Assembly (NCBI GenBank): GCA_016906335.1 | Contig: JADEYG010000015.1 | Coordinates: 620,001-684,000 of the forward strand | Direction of reading: 5' to 3' | Source of the DNA: Novakomyces olei | Taxonomy: Eukaryota | Length of the DNA: 64,000 nucleotides | Shown here: positions 50,716 through 62,730 of the stretch, in pieces | Layout: every line of letters starts with the position of its first letter | How positions within the stretch are numbered: the stretch's first letter is position 1 | Made by a program: the position numbers and the translations under genes | Notes under the pieces: generated by a model | Told to the model about the DNA's origin: nothing | What the model saw: only the letters and a program-made list of their open reading frames with translations | The model's database searches: none

Positions 50716-53700
50716 TGTTGGAATATGTTGAAATACATCTAAATATGGGCCAAACCTAATTATTATTTATGCAACTTATACACACTATTGCTTATGAAGC
50801 CTATACTCACATACAATTATTTATATAGGTTGTAGCTAGAATTAGTAAATTTAACACAAAAGTTCAACAGGTTATGAGCCTGGATCGTTAGCCTTCAGAG
50901 CCAACAAAAATTTTTTGCTATCCAAAAAGCACTATCGTTTAATTAATTCTGTTCTCCCTTATCACCTGACAATCCTGTCATAATGGAAACAGACGCACCA
51001 CTGAATATGCCTGCTCAGCCTCAAGGAAATAGCAGCTACTCTGCTCAAACAGCCCCTACGAAAATCTCTTTTCAGAAGCTCCGAGGCTCTGAAAACTACG
51101 ATATATGGGCGCAGAACATGAAGGCCCATCTCAATGGGCTTGGCTTGTTTGGTTACGTCTCTGGCCGAATTAAGGAGCCAGAGAAGAAAGTCAAGGAAGT
51201 GAAGGACGAAAAGACGGCCGAGATCGAGGACGACACGGCGTCTATCCTCTCCGACGACGATTACGAGGATGTAAGCGATGAGCTAGCCACCTGGAAGCGC
51301 AACTGCTCCCTAGCTCTAAGCTACATCTTGAGTAATATATCTGTTGAAATCAACAGACGTGTGAAAAGACTTACAAGTCCCAAGGAAGTTTGGAGACTTT
51401 TGAAAAGGGAATATGCGCAGGCAGGTTTCTCCTACGTCGGTACTTGCTACCAAAATTTCTTCAGCCTGAGACTCCCCAGTGAACAGGCTAGAACTCCAGA
51501 GGAGTACTGCCGTAAGTTCGTCGACCGCCTAGAAACCTTTGAGTCTGCAGGGGAAAAGGTCGGAAGATATACACAAATTTATACTTTCCTTACTGGTATA
51601 GAAATGGAGTATAGTCAGTTTGTCCAAATACAAAAAGACACCTACGACGTAAAGAACCCACTAGACCTTGACGTGATAATAGAACGCTTTCTAAATCACA
51701 GTCGTGGCCGGGTTGCAGACTCCGAATTGGCATTAGTCGCCAAAGGAGCCAACTACAAGAAAAGGGACCAGTGCAGTTTCTGCAACAAGACTGGACATCT
51801 CTCGGAAAATTGTTGGAAAAGGTTCCCCGAAAAGAGACCAGGAGTTACAAAAAGGGGGCCGAAGGAGGCGACCAAGACGTTTGTTGCCTCTGCGCAAGTT
51901 TCTTCTTTTACGGCAGTGCCAAATACAACGGCATGGATTGTGGACTCAGGTGCTACACAGCACATGTGTAACAGTCCAGCTTGGATTACGAACCTTAAGC
52001 CCACGAACAATCAGTGGGTGGAGACGGGGTCAGGCAAGACTCCGGCCCTAGGAGTTGGCAACGTCACACTCAATGTGCGCAAGCCAAGTGGTGTGGTAAC
52101 GCAACTCACATTTGGCAACGTACTTTATGTGCCAGCTCTGCCCATCAATCTTCTCTCCATGACAATACTTGTCGAGCGAGGTCTGAACTTTGAGATACGC
52201 TCTGAAGGGCCTTTGGTCAGACACGCAGGAGAAGATGAGGTACTTACGAAACTAATCAGTTATAAGGGCCACTGGATGTTGGATTGTATTGGTCAACCGA
52301 CAAGCAAAAACCAGTCCAAAGACGAAGCAACAGCCCTTATCGTAGCCACAGAGAATGTCTGGCACAAGCGTTATGGTCACGCTTCGGCCAAAACAATCTC
52401 TCAGACGGCAAACCATGTTATAGGCATGGACATTGCCCCGGCATTAGAGCCGGAGGGTGCATGTACAGTCTGCGAACTCTCCAAGTCGCACAGGACAGTA
52501 CATCGCCAGACACTGGAGCGAGCTACCGAGAAGCTCGACCGAGTCTACATGGACTTAATGGGTCCAATGAGCCAAATATCCAGAGACGGATACCGCTACG
52601 TAATCATCTTGACCGATGAAGTCAGTCGTTTTCGCTGGATCATACCTTTGACCTCGAAAACAGCTAGCTCAGTTCTTTCGGCAATAAAGCTCTGGACTGA
52701 ATTCATCAAGAATTACTTCAAGGCAATGCCAAAGTCCATTCGCACAGACGGCGGTCTTGAATTTACCTCTGCTCAACCCTGGCTTACATCACTGGGAGTT
52801 AAAATTGAAAACACCGTGCCATATACGCCTGAGCAAAATGGAATGGCAGAGCGTAGCAACGGGCTAATAAGTGAAAAGGCCAGGGCACTCAGCATCGGAG
52901 GATGTTTGAAGGAAGACATGTGGTATGCAGCTATGGAGACAGCTACATATCTCCTCAACGTACAATTCACCAAAACGCTGAACATGACACCTCATGAAGC
53001 ACTTTATGGGACACTGCCACGAGTGGACCACATTAAAGTGTATGGATGCAGAGTATATGTCCACATCCCACATGAAAAACGTGTCAAAAGCGACAAACTA
53101 GGCAGTCGTGCACAGATTGGCAAGCTGGTTGGTTACGAAAGCCATACCATTTATAAAATCCAGCTGCCAAGCGGCCAAACGACACGGTCAAGTCACGTCA
53201 GGTTCGATGAAAACACCATCGATGACTACACCGGCAACAACATCAGCAGCCCACCAAACTTTCAGGTGCCTGATGAAGAAAATGCTGCCTTGTCCCCACT
53301 CCTGACACCGCTGCCGTTGCAGCAGCCGGAGGGTGAGGACAGTGATAAAGTCACTATCACCGAAGGGCCGCCGACAACGACAGCAGCGGACAGGAGTGAG
53401 GAGGACTCATCAAACAATGAAAAAATCCAACAAGCTAGCAACACTCACGCTGAGCCGGAGCAAGCTAACAACACTCACGCTGAGCCGGAACAGCAACTGA
53501 CAATAATTAGTGAAGCACCTGTGCCGAGCCTGCGTCGGTCAGCACGTCTAAACGAAACGCAGAAGTCTCTACTTACTGTTGCTCATGCAGTTTACATAGA
53601 GCCGCAGACTCTCCGAGAGGCACTCGAGTCCCCACAAGCTCGGGAATGGACCGAAGCTTGCCATGCGGAACTCAAGTCGTTAGACAAAAACGAGACCTGG

Positions 53701-55370
53701 ACGTTAGTGAACAAGTCCGACATTGAAAAGGGCAAGCACGTCTTAAAAGGCAAATGGGTCTTTAAAATAAAGAGAGACACAGAAGGCAATGTGCAAAAAT
53801 ACAAAGCAAGATGGGTTGTAAAAGGTTATTTGCAAAAGGAAGGAATTGATTACCAAGAGACCTTTGCGCCTGTAGTACATACCGCGACGTGGAGAATGGT
53901 ATTGGCCATTGTCGCATTCAAAGATCTGGAATGTGACCAGATGGACTTCGAAACCGCTTTTCTGAACGCACAAGTACAAGAAGAAGTGTACGTCGAACAA
54001 CCTGTCGGCTTCGAAACCGGAAAGGACCAAGTATGCAAGCTTCGCAAAACATTGTATGGACTAAAACAGTCTCCACGCGAGTGGTACAAATGTCTGCGCC
54101 AGATGTTCAGGCAGCTTGGGTTCATTCCCCTTAAATCCGATAACTCAGTATTCGTCCGGGACGAGAATGAAATAATTCTCGCCCATACAGACGATTTGCT
54201 GGTCATCGCAGCTACAGAATCAAAGTTAGCTGACATTAAAAAGGAAATTAAAACGGCTTACGTAGCCAAGGACCTCGGTCCGGCGAACCTTTTCGTCGGA
54301 ATACAAATTGTACGAGACAGAAAGCATAGAAGCATAGAGCTTAAACAAGAACACTATGTCACTAATATGCTTGAACGCTTCGGAATGATGGACTGCAAGG
54401 CCATCGAAACCCCAATGGCCGAGGATAGAGAGGCCATTGGTGGACAGCCCGAGTCAGAGCCGACCAAAGAGATGCAAACGCAGTACCAGCAACTCATAGG
54501 TTCGCTGCTCTTTGCGTCGACTCAGACGCGACCCGACATAGCCTACGCGGTTAACACCCTGGCTCGACATATGCACCGGCCAAGTGAAGAGCACTTGACT
54601 GCTGCCAAAAGAGTCTTGAGATATCTAAAAGGAACAAAAACTTACAGTATCAAGTATAGATTCAGCAAGGACAACATGGACCTAAAGGTCCATACGGACT
54701 CGGACTGGGCAGGCGACCCAGACACCAGACGGTCATGCTCTGGTTTCATACTCTTGGCCGGTGGAGGACCTGTGTCGTGGAGATCAACTCTCCAAACGAC
54801 AGTGGCTCTCTCCTCCACTGAGGCCGAGTATGTTGGCTTGTCGATCAGTGGCCAAGAGGTGCTGTGGGCCCAACAGCTCCTCTTGGAACTGAACTACAAT
54901 GAGGACGACAGATTGCCTATGATTGTCCTGGAGGACAACCAAGGCGCTATCGCCCTCGCCAAGAACCCGCAATTTCACCGAAGGACAAAACACGTAGCCA
55001 TCCGATGGCACTTTGTCCGTGAGCTAACGGAGTCAGAAAGAATAAAAATCAAGTACATACCAACCGCTCGTATGGCAGCTGACGGCCTTACAAAACCGCT
55101 CCGCAAGCTACTGTTTAAAAACTTTACAAAGTTAGTTGGAGTGAGCGAATAAAGTAAGTAACCTTACCACGTGATCCGCGCATACAGGCTTACCGTGCCC
55201 GCCGCCTGGGAGGGTGTGTTGGAATATGTTGAAATACATCTAAATATGGGCCAAACCTAATTATTATTTATGCAACTTATACACACTATTGCTTATGAAG
55301 CCTATACTCACATACAATTATTTATATAGGTTGTAGCTAGAATTAGTAAATTTAACACAAAAGTTCAACA
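50716..55370 (+). mobile_element. Intact Ty1/copia LTR retrotransposon
   Basis: Two 154-bp LTRs that read as identical (50716-50869, 55217-55370; TGTTG...CAACA), 5-bp TSD AATTT (50711-50715, 55371-55375), PBS GGTTATGAGCC at 50870, PPT GGGAGGGTG at 55208-55216. Confidence 0.98.
50983..55152 (+). CDS. Copia gag-pol polyprotein, single ORF (1389 aa)
   Basis: Zn knuckle CSFCNKTGHLSENC, protease WIVDSGA, WHKRYGH...CTVC, integrase DLMG/RTDGG/NGMAER, RT KARWVVKG...LYGLKQS...HTDD, RNase H DSDWAG/EAEY/EDNQ/ADGLTK; PR-IN-RT-RH order. Confidence 0.97.
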   Translation: METDAPLNMPAQPQGNSSYSAQTAPTKISFQKLRGSENYDIWAQNMKAHLNGLGLFGYVSGRIKEPEKKVKEVKDEKTAEIEDDTASILSDDDYEDVSDELATWKRNCSLALSYILSNISVEINRRVKRLTSPKEVWRLLKREYAQAGFSYVGTCYQNFFSLRLPSEQARTPEEYCRKFVDRLETFESAGEKVGRYTQIYTFLTGIEMEYSQFVQIQKDTYDVKNPLDLDVIIERFLNHSRGRVADSELALVAKGANYKKRDQCSFCNKTGHLSENCWKRFPEKRPGVTKRGPKEATKTFVASAQVSSFTAVPNTTAWIVDSGATQHMCNSPAWITNLKPTNNQWVETGSGKTPALGVGNVTLNVRKPSGVVTQLTFGNVLYVPALPINLLSMTILVERGLNFEIRSEGPLVRHAGEDEVLTKLISYKGHWMLDCIGQPTSKNQSKDEATALIVATENVWHKRYGHASAKTISQTANHVIGMDIAPALEPEGACTVCELSKSHRTVHRQTLERATEKLDRVYMDLMGPMSQISRDGYRYVIILTDEVSRFRWIIPLTSKTASSVLSAIKLWTEFIKNYFKAMPKSIRTDGGLEFTSAQPWLTSLGVKIENTVPYTPEQNGMAERSNGLISEKARALSIGGCLKEDMWYAAMETATYLLNVQFTKTLNMTPHEALYGTLPRVDHIKVYGCRVYVHIPHEKRVKSDKLGSRAQIGKLVGYESHTIYKIQLPSGQTTRSSHVRFDENTIDDYTGNNISSPPNFQVPDEENAALSPLLTPLPLQQPEGEDSDKVTITEGPPTTTAADRSEEDSSNNEKIQQASNTHAEPEQANNTHAEPEQQLTIISEAPVPSLRRSARLNETQKSLLTVAHAVYIEPQTLREALESPQAREWTEACHAELKSLDKNETWTLVNKSDIEKGKHVLKGKWVFKIKRDTEGNVQKYKARWVVKGYLQKEGIDYQETFAPVVHTATWRMVLAIVAFKDLECDQMDFETAFLNAQVQEEVYVEQPVGFETGKDQVCKLRKTLYGLKQSPREWYKCLRQMFRQLGFIPLKSDNSVFVRDENEIILAHTDDLLVIAATESKLADIKKEIKTAYVAKDLGPANLFVGIQIVRDRKHRSIELKQEHYVTNMLERFGMMDCKAIETPMAEDREAIGGQPESEPTKEMQTQYQQLIGSLLFASTQTRPDIAYAVNTLARHMHRPSEEHLTAAKRVLRYLKGTKTYSIKYRFSKDNMDLKVHTDSDWAGDPDTRRSCSGFILLAGGGPVSWRSTLQTTVALSSTEAEYVGLSISGQEVLWAQQLLLELNYNEDDRLPMIVLEDNQGAIALAKNPQFHRRTKHVAIRWHFVRELTESERIKIKYIPTARMAADGLTKPLRKLLFKNFTKLVGVSE

Positions 55371-55404
55371 AATTTGTTACTGCTGTAGAATTGATATAGA
55401 ATGA

Positions 55405-55650
55405 AATATTTGTAAAAATATAGTATATAGGCATAAAGCAATATAGAATAAGGTAAAGGAAATATTTAAAGGAAATATTTAAAGGAAATATTTAAAGGAA
55501 ATATTTATAAAATATAGTATATAGGCATAAAGCAATATAGAATAAGGTCAAGAAGGAAATATTTATAAAATATAGTATAGAGGCATAAAACAATATAGAA
55601 TAGATATAGAATGAAATATATTGCAATATAGAATAAAGATATAGAATTAT
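55405..55650. repeat. AT-rich composite minisatellite
   Basis: (AAAGGAAATATTT)x4 interleaved with three copies of AAAATATAGTATA.AGGCATAAA.CAATATAGAATA. Confidence 0.85.
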
Positions 55651-55965
55651 ATGTTGCAAGTGTATTGTAAAAATAAGATTTGTAAAAATAAGATTATTAT
55701 GATAATATGTTGTAGATATAGTATAAAATACAGTACACTTGGACTTGGCATACTTTATTATGTCAATAGATCCATAAATACATTACCCCCGTCCCCACAT
55801 ACGAAGGGACTGAGCCAAGCCGAACTGCTGCTTCTGCTTCAGTCATTTCTCGACGGCAATCATACCTTTCCACTGTGTCTTTGCCCGTTGTCTGAGACTG
55901 ATCCTTCCTTTGCCTGAAATTCACGTCAGCGGCAATTGTTGGTGCAGTGTTTAATCCTGTAAAGT

Positions 55966-57847
55966 ATGGCCGCAACACCACCCATAAGCGAGGATCCGCC
56001 CGCCGTGGCAAAGCAAGACACGGACCCGTCAGTGGCTACTCTGAAGGAGGCCTTTCCTGATATTGATGTATGTCTTGATCTTTAGTTTTTGGTACAATGG
56101 CGGCTATGTGTGATGTTCCGTTATCCTATTTTCTCATACTTGCTCGTTCTTGAACTCCTGCTTTTCTATACTCTCTGCTTTTCTATACTCTCTGCTGTTC
56201 TTGAACTCCTGCTTTTCTATACTCACTGCTTTTCTATACTCACTTGCTCCCTCTTTACGGCGCGTATATGTTACTAACTATCAATCAGACCAAAGTCATC
56301 CGCGCCGTGTTTTCCGCTAGCGCGGGTAACGTTGAGCGCGCATTCAACGCGCTGCTGGGTAAGCCTTGATGATTTAGTATTAATTAAATTGTTTATTTAA
56401 TTAAGTATTTAATTTATTTAATTAATTATTTAATTTATTTAAATATTTATTTGAATTTATTAGTTTATTTATTTATTTGAATTTATTTGAATTTATTTAT
56501 TTATTTATTTATTTGTTTGTTTATTTATTTGTTTGTTTGTTTGTTTCTTTCTTTCTTTCTTTCTATATTTAAATATTTAATATTTATTTAAATCTGTTTA
56601 AATTATAGATTTAAATTAAATATTAAATTCACCAACTAAAATATACCAATTATATACTGACACTGGCAGGCATGTCTGACCCGGACTATACGCCAGAGCC
56701 TCCGCAGCGACCGCCGAGGCCGGCGTCTACTCCGGCGCGTGACCCTCTACCCCAAGCGAATGTGGCAGAGGCAGGCGCAGACCCGGCAAAGACGCAAGAG
56801 CAGCTGGATGAGGAGTACGCGAGGCTGCTGCAGCAGCAGTTTGAAGAAGAATCGCTGCAGGAGCGAAGAAGCTTCCCCCGGGAGCGGTATCAGGGCGCAG
56901 GACGGTACACTGATCCAACACAGGACCCGACACAGGAGCGGTCGTGGTACGACGAAGAGCTGCCCAAGATTCGTGACCAGGTAAGCCGTGGCTTCAACGA
57001 GACAAAGACGCGTGTCTCCTCGTTCGTTACAAGGCTGCGAGCCAGAATAGAGGGCGAAGAGGAGGAAGTGCCGAGTGACGCTTATGACGCTCCACGCGTC
57101 TCTGAAGCGCAGAGGGAGTACCTCCACTCTCGCTGGCAGAACCAGTGGTCTGAGCGCCAATCACAGGACTCGCCTAGGCGGGCGGCCACACGGTCCTCTG
57201 CTGGAGGAGACGCTTTTGATTCTGATCCACGAGTTCTCAGCGACGACTTGTCCAGGCATCTGCAGCTTCAGGACGAGGCTTCAGCCGGAGATTTGGACAC
57301 TGGTCCTCCTCGACCGGCTCGGCCTGCAGTGCCAGCAGGCACAAATGCCTCTGCTCTTGCAGGAGCAGCAGCGAGTTTGGGGGAAAAGAAGAATCAGGAT
57401 GCTGTGGCCAATGCTCGGCTGCGGACAGAGAGGCGGCAGTCGTCCAATCGATGGGAACCTATCTCCATATCCGCCTCGTCTGATCCGGCAGACGATGATC
57501 CGTTTGATCTCGGAGACGATGACGATGACGATGACGATGATGCCTTTCTCAACAGAGGAGCAAAGAGTGCAAGGGAGAGTGTAAGGGAGAGTGCAAAGGA
57601 GAGTAGTGCAAAGGAGAGTAGTGCAAAGGAGAGTAGTGCAAAGGAGAGTAGTACAAAAGAGAGTAGTACAAAATATGATGGTGGAGCAGCCGGGAGTAAG
57701 CAAGCCGATGACGGGGTCAAGGGAAAAGAGTCAAACAAAAGTATTCTGGAGAACGAGAAAAGCGAGCCGTCAAGTACGGCAGATGAAGAGCAGCTCACCT
57801 TGCAAGAACCGATTGCCTTGACGGATAATACGGACAAGAGCAAATAG
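55966..57847 (+). CDS. CUE5: CUE-domain ubiquitin adaptor Cue5-like
   Basis: LKEAFPDID|TKVIRAVFSASAGNVERAFNALLG|MSDP; QEQLDEEYARLL; ELPKIRDQVSRGFNETKTRV; AKESS repeats; two introns. Confidence 0.85.
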
Positions 57848-58467
57848 AGTACGAGGTATTATTAGTCATTCACGCACGGCCATAATTGTTTGTGTAGGAA
57901 ACAAGGGAATATTAATATATATCGAATCGCTTCTTCTTCCATAAGCCTATTCGTACTCGCTGTTATACTTATAGCCTCTAATGTTTGTCTACATCTATTC
58001 TTTTGGTTTTTTTTTTTTTTTTTCCTAAATTTTTTAATTCATAAAATCCGCTACAAGCGCCGCGCATTTCCAATAAATCCAACCAGATTCTAATGGGTCA
58101 TTAAATATTCGTACCATTTAAACCTTGTTTCTACACGTATACGTTTCGCCCGACTTTTGGAATTGGTCTAGTCTTCCATTGTACCCCCTGAGCCTCTCCC
58201 CTTCCGCCGCAAATATAATATAATAACAAAATAGCCGTAGATGAAGATAATCTGAATATAGATATCTGTATAACAAAGTGAATAAAAACAATGAATAGAA
58301 AATGAATAGAAAATGAACAGAAAATGAATATAGAAAATGGCCAAACAAAGCAAGAAAACGGCAAACAATCAACCCCTGGACAATGCCCGACTCGTTAAAT
58401 ATATTTTCAAAGCCAATCAGGCCACATTAATGCACACTAATGCACAATAGTAATGCACGCAGTCCCT

Positions 58468-60678
58468 CTATCTGCACCAGCCCATATTGGGCAGCAGCTC
58501 ATTGTCTCCAAAAGGCGACGTAACAAGTCCATCATCGTCGTCGTCGTCGTTGACGTAATTCCCCTCTGAATTTTCAACCTCGTTCAACGCATCCTCATCG
58601 GCCAAAACCCCACCGGCGCCGTGGAGCAAAGCGCTCATTCCGAAATGGCCAATCAGAGCCCTTATTCCGGCATCGTAGACACTGCCTCCGGCTACATCAG
58701 ACGTGACAGTCTCCATTGCCGCATTTGAGCTGGCGAGACTGGACACTGTGTCCCTGCGACTGCGAGTAAACGCTTCGCCATAGCTCCGATCGGACTCGTG
58801 GAAGGACTGGTCCAGCATTAGCGACCCGGCTTCTCCATGGGTCATGACGTCGGCAATAGTCGGCAGAGTGGTGGGTAGCAGCGGCCGTGTCTCCCGGCAA
58901 GACAGGGACCTTTGCCGGGTCTCTGCACCACCCAAAGCCTCGGCCCGATCTTGGCCCGGCAGCTCTCCCGTACGCCGGGCCTCGGGCTTTATAATACTCT
59001 GAACAGCCGTATTGTAGCTGCGGCAGGCAGTACATTTATGGCCCAAGAAATGATGAGCAACCTCACTTCGAGCCTGGCAATCATTGCAGAGGACACAGGC
59101 AGTCCATGTATCATACGGACTCGGCATTGCCTGCCTGGCAATCTCTAAATCAAGCAGTCTGAACGTATATTCCATGTTGCCCAGGGTCTTGAAGCAAGTA
59201 GGGCAGCGGTAATTGGTCATCACGTACTCGTGATAACAGCCCTGGTGGATCGAGTGCCCACACGGCATAAAGACGACAGTCTCTGTGCTGGTAAAGAGCC
59301 ACTCTCCGCAGATTGGGCAATTACACTCTGTCGATCGCTCAATGCACCGATGGGATCCCTGTAGCGAAATTGCCATACAGACATTGCACGTTTTGCAGTG
59401 GAAATAGTCCTTTCCGAGCCCACGGCCGATCCGACATATTCCACAGTCGTTGCAGTGATAGATGTCCTTGTTGGGCGTATCGTCCCACAGCCTGCATCGA
59501 TCGCAGTAATACGCAGCCATTCGAGAATGGCAAAAGGCACAGTACTGAGCCGCTGGTTGGGCTTTAAGGCAAATCATACACAGCATTTCACTGGTCTCTT
59601 TACGGTTCAGCTGGTGCGGTTCACTACGCCCGTCATTGGCCGATGCAAATTCATCATCGTGGCAGAACCTGCAGGGCGTCCATACACTGCACTGTGAGCA
59701 ACGAAGCTTGCAACTCCTGCGGTAATGCTTGCATCCCAGAATATTAAGGTCTTCGTTGTAAAAGGTCTTTGTTATATCCTGCAGCGTAAGACTCGAGGGC
59801 CCAAGAGGCGCACTCCGGTCCGAGTCGCGGAACGCTTTCACCTGAGAATTGACGTATCTCTCACTCAGTACATTCTGCATTGCCTGTGCCCGCTCCCGCT
59901 CTGATAAATTGCTCTGCCGGATCATGACTAGCCGCCTCCGCATATCCGCCTGCTCCTGTACGCTCACGTCTCTCGACAGGCTGCCAATTGCTTCCCCACG
60001 CAGCAAGACTGGCGTACTAGACTCTGTATTTGTCACAGTACTAGATACTGTATTTGACTCTGCTGCTGCAGATGCAATGCTCGGCCGATGGTGAGACCCT
60101 GTGGCCGGCTCAGTCTGGACCATCCCGTCCAGGCCCCTTGTCTCCTGTGACTGAGAGTCTTGGCTGGAGGATCCTTGGTGGGCTAAAGCAGCCTGCTCCG
60201 AGTCCCCGTCCCTACTAATCGCTAGACTCTTCTCTGAGCCGCAGAGAGAGCTTTGCAAAGACGCTCGGCCCGTCTCCACGAGCAGTGTGGCAGTAGAGCC
60301 CTCTTCCTCATCACTGTCCCCATGCCCCGAGTGTGAGGGAAGCAGTCCCTCTTCAAAGGACGACGCGTGCTGCTGAATACGCTGGGCCACGTCGCGTAAG
60401 AACGGTGGCACTGACAAACTGTCGGACCAGGACGCGTAGAGCTGTGACAGCGATGCTGGAACCAGCCCGGAGATAGATCTCGATCCCGGGAATAAGGAAT
60501 CGCCCTGCCCGCTGCCATCGCCAGTGGGCGATGGCAGGCAAGTCGGACCCGGCTGGCGATGGAAATCTAATGGCTCAGAGAGCCGCTGCTGCTCGTGGCA
60601 GCTCAAACAGGCAGAGCTGCTTCGGTGCTGCGAGTGCCTCAGCAGAGACGAATCGTCGGCCCGTTGGAACTCTGTCAT
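58468..60678 (-). CDS. CHY-zinc finger/RING E3 ligase (Pirh2/RCHY1-like)
   Basis: LGCKHYRRSCKL, CRFCHD, CGICRIG, RING CPIC...CGHSIH..C...CPTC, zinc ribbon CNDC...HFLGHKC..CRSYNT. Confidence 0.9.
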   Translation of the reverse strand: MTEFQRADDSSLLRHSQHRSSSACLSCHEQQRLSEPLDFHRQPGPTCLPSPTGDGSGQGDSLFPGSRSISGLVPASLSQLYASWSDSLSVPPFLRDVAQRIQQHASSFEEGLLPSHSGHGDSDEEEGSTATLLVETGRASLQSSLCGSEKSLAISRDGDSEQAALAHQGSSSQDSQSQETRGLDGMVQTEPATGSHHRPSIASAAAESNTVSSTVTNTESSTPVLLRGEAIGSLSRDVSVQEQADMRRRLVMIRQSNLSERERAQAMQNVLSERYVNSQVKAFRDSDRSAPLGPSSLTLQDITKTFYNEDLNILGCKHYRRSCKLRCSQCSVWTPCRFCHDDEFASANDGRSEPHQLNRKETSEMLCMICLKAQPAAQYCAFCHSRMAAYYCDRCRLWDDTPNKDIYHCNDCGICRIGRGLGKDYFHCKTCNVCMAISLQGSHRCIERSTECNCPICGEWLFTSTETVVFMPCGHSIHQGCYHEYVMTNYRCPTCFKTLGNMEYTFRLLDLEIARQAMPSPYDTWTACVLCNDCQARSEVAHHFLGHKCTACRSYNTAVQSIIKPEARRTGELPGQDRAEALGGAETRQRSLSCRETRPLLPTTLPTIADVMTHGEAGSLMLDQSFHESDRSYGEAFTRSRRDTVSSLASSNAAMETVTSDVAGGSVYDAGIRALIGHFGMSALLHGAGGVLADEDALNEVENSEGNYVNDDDDDDGLVTSPFGDNELLPNMGWCR

Positions 60679-60962
60679 CGGCCGTTGCTGTTCATAAAAG
60701 TTGTCATATAAACAGTCGTCGTTTTTGGCTACGTATACGATCCATATAATATTGGCAAACCGATAGATTGATAGATTCTGTTATTGGGTATAGCTATATT
60801 ATACTATTGTATCATTGTATTATACTATTATACTATTATACTATTATACTATTTATTATATATGGAAGCATGATTAATTCTGTTCCCGAATGTCGGCGTA
60901 AAAAGACCGATAATGCCGACTATCAGATCTATAAAATAACCGCCAGAAATCGCAGGTCGGGA

Positions 60963-62270
60963 ATGGACAATTTCAAAAAGGCACTTGGCCTTGGCCAGAA
61001 AGAAGTCAATCAAGCACCTATCACAGACAGCCCGTTTCCGTTATCGTCGTCCCCATTGGCCTGCTGGACCTGCGAAAGCGGGTGCGAACAGTACCCCGAC
61101 TCTGTGCTGAAGAACGTAGAGCGGAAGCAGCCACTCTACCACTCGACAAAACCGGTACGAGACCCTGTTGTTTTTGTATTTTGGCTCCATTGTTGGTCGG
61201 ACGAGCGTGTAGAGCGATTGTCATTTCTCAATTGTCGATTGTCAATTGTCAATTGTTAAATTGTTTTGTGCTTTACCGTTGACTCTTTTGTATGCGTTTA
61301 CTAACAAGCATTCAAACAGTTTTCCGTGTGGTTTGTCGTTGCTACGGGACAGCAAGACTGGGAACATTCAATCGAAGATGTGAAACACTCTCACGCGCAG
61401 GCAATCAGCACATCGTTACAGAGACCGCACGTCAAAAGATTTCTAGATAAACTGGAGAAAGAGAAGCCCGGCTGCAATCGCACTGTCATTAATAATGCTA
61501 ATATTCCTCCTTCTCGAGGAGCACTTCAGCGTGGCGAAGACTATAGCAAAGCTCATGGGTATTCGCAGTCTCTAGAGTCTGGCACCGATGTCTGGGTTTT
61601 GCCTTTTTGGCTTCGTTTTCAGGGCGTTACTCCCGAAAACGTAGATGCTATGATAGATTTTGTCCTGGACGGCAGTTATAAAAGTCTTCAAACGTCCGTC
61701 GAACTTGAAGGCATGGCAGTGCACCGGCTACCTTTTGATAGTATTGTGTTTATGTGCAGCCACAAGACAAGAGATAAACGGTGCTATATTACGGCTCCGT
61801 ACTTGCAGCGAGCTCTGCATGATTGCCTCGACGCAAAGGGAATTTATCGCGATCAGCCTCATAATATGGGCGAGGCTGGCGGTGTATTCACCGCGTTCAT
61901 AAGTCACATTGGGGTATGTGCAGTGTGAAAAATTAAAATAAAAGGGCAAAATTAAACTTGGAAAGCAAAGAAAACAGAAAAACAAAAAAAAGAGAGAATA
62001 ATTTAATGAATTGAATAAATTTTGGAAATAAAAATTACTAAAGCTCAGGGTCATAAATTTTCGGGAAATGTAATCGTTAATAGGTCGCCCTTCCTTCAAG
62101 CTTCCTCGGATGAAATCGTTGGATGGAACGCGGGACAGGGTGAATCTATTTGGCTCGGACTCGTGCAGCCTATACATATCCCGACAATAGTAGACGAGAC
62201 GATTATAAAGGGGCGGGCTATACCGTCCCTTCTTCGCGGGGGTCGGGCAGGTACCGGGCTATCGTGGTGA
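60963..62270 (+). CDS. APD1: Apd1/Aim32-family thioredoxin-like [2Fe-2S] ferredoxin
   Basis: VVATGQQDWEH, FMCSHKTRDKRC, SHIG|GHKFSGNVIV, IWLGLVQP; two introns. Confidence 0.85.
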
Positions 62271-62730
62271 ATTGGCACTGGTATAGATATTTAGAGTGTG
62301 CACATTAATGTAGTATATAGGTGAGCCAACACGTTCACATACTTGTAGCGAAAAGACTTGGAAATTTGGCGCTTATTGAAATTCTGGAAAACTAATAAGG
62401 ATGCGTATTACATGAGAGAAAATATGCATTGAGAAAATATAGAAGTTGGAATAGCTGCTTCATGTTGAACAAAACGCGTAAATGAAAGATTTCCAATGGA
62501 AATCTTACGTCAGAGTCAACTCTTTTTAGCCTCCGTTAAGTTTCTGCCCAACGATTTGTCTGCAGAGACTAAACTAAGCATTGTGATTTAGGTAGTAGGC
62601 AAAAATCGAAATAAGTTTTGTGCGACATCAATACCTCTCTGTCCCCAAGACGTCCCCAACCCTTTACCATCCACTGTTCTCATTAAACTTTTGATCGATG
62701 GATATTCTAGTACCAAACGTTTCGGCTTAT

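Noticed and set aside
53431-53490. 30-bp tandem duplication in the copia IN-RT linker
   Set aside because: In frame within a normally variable linker; unremarkable.
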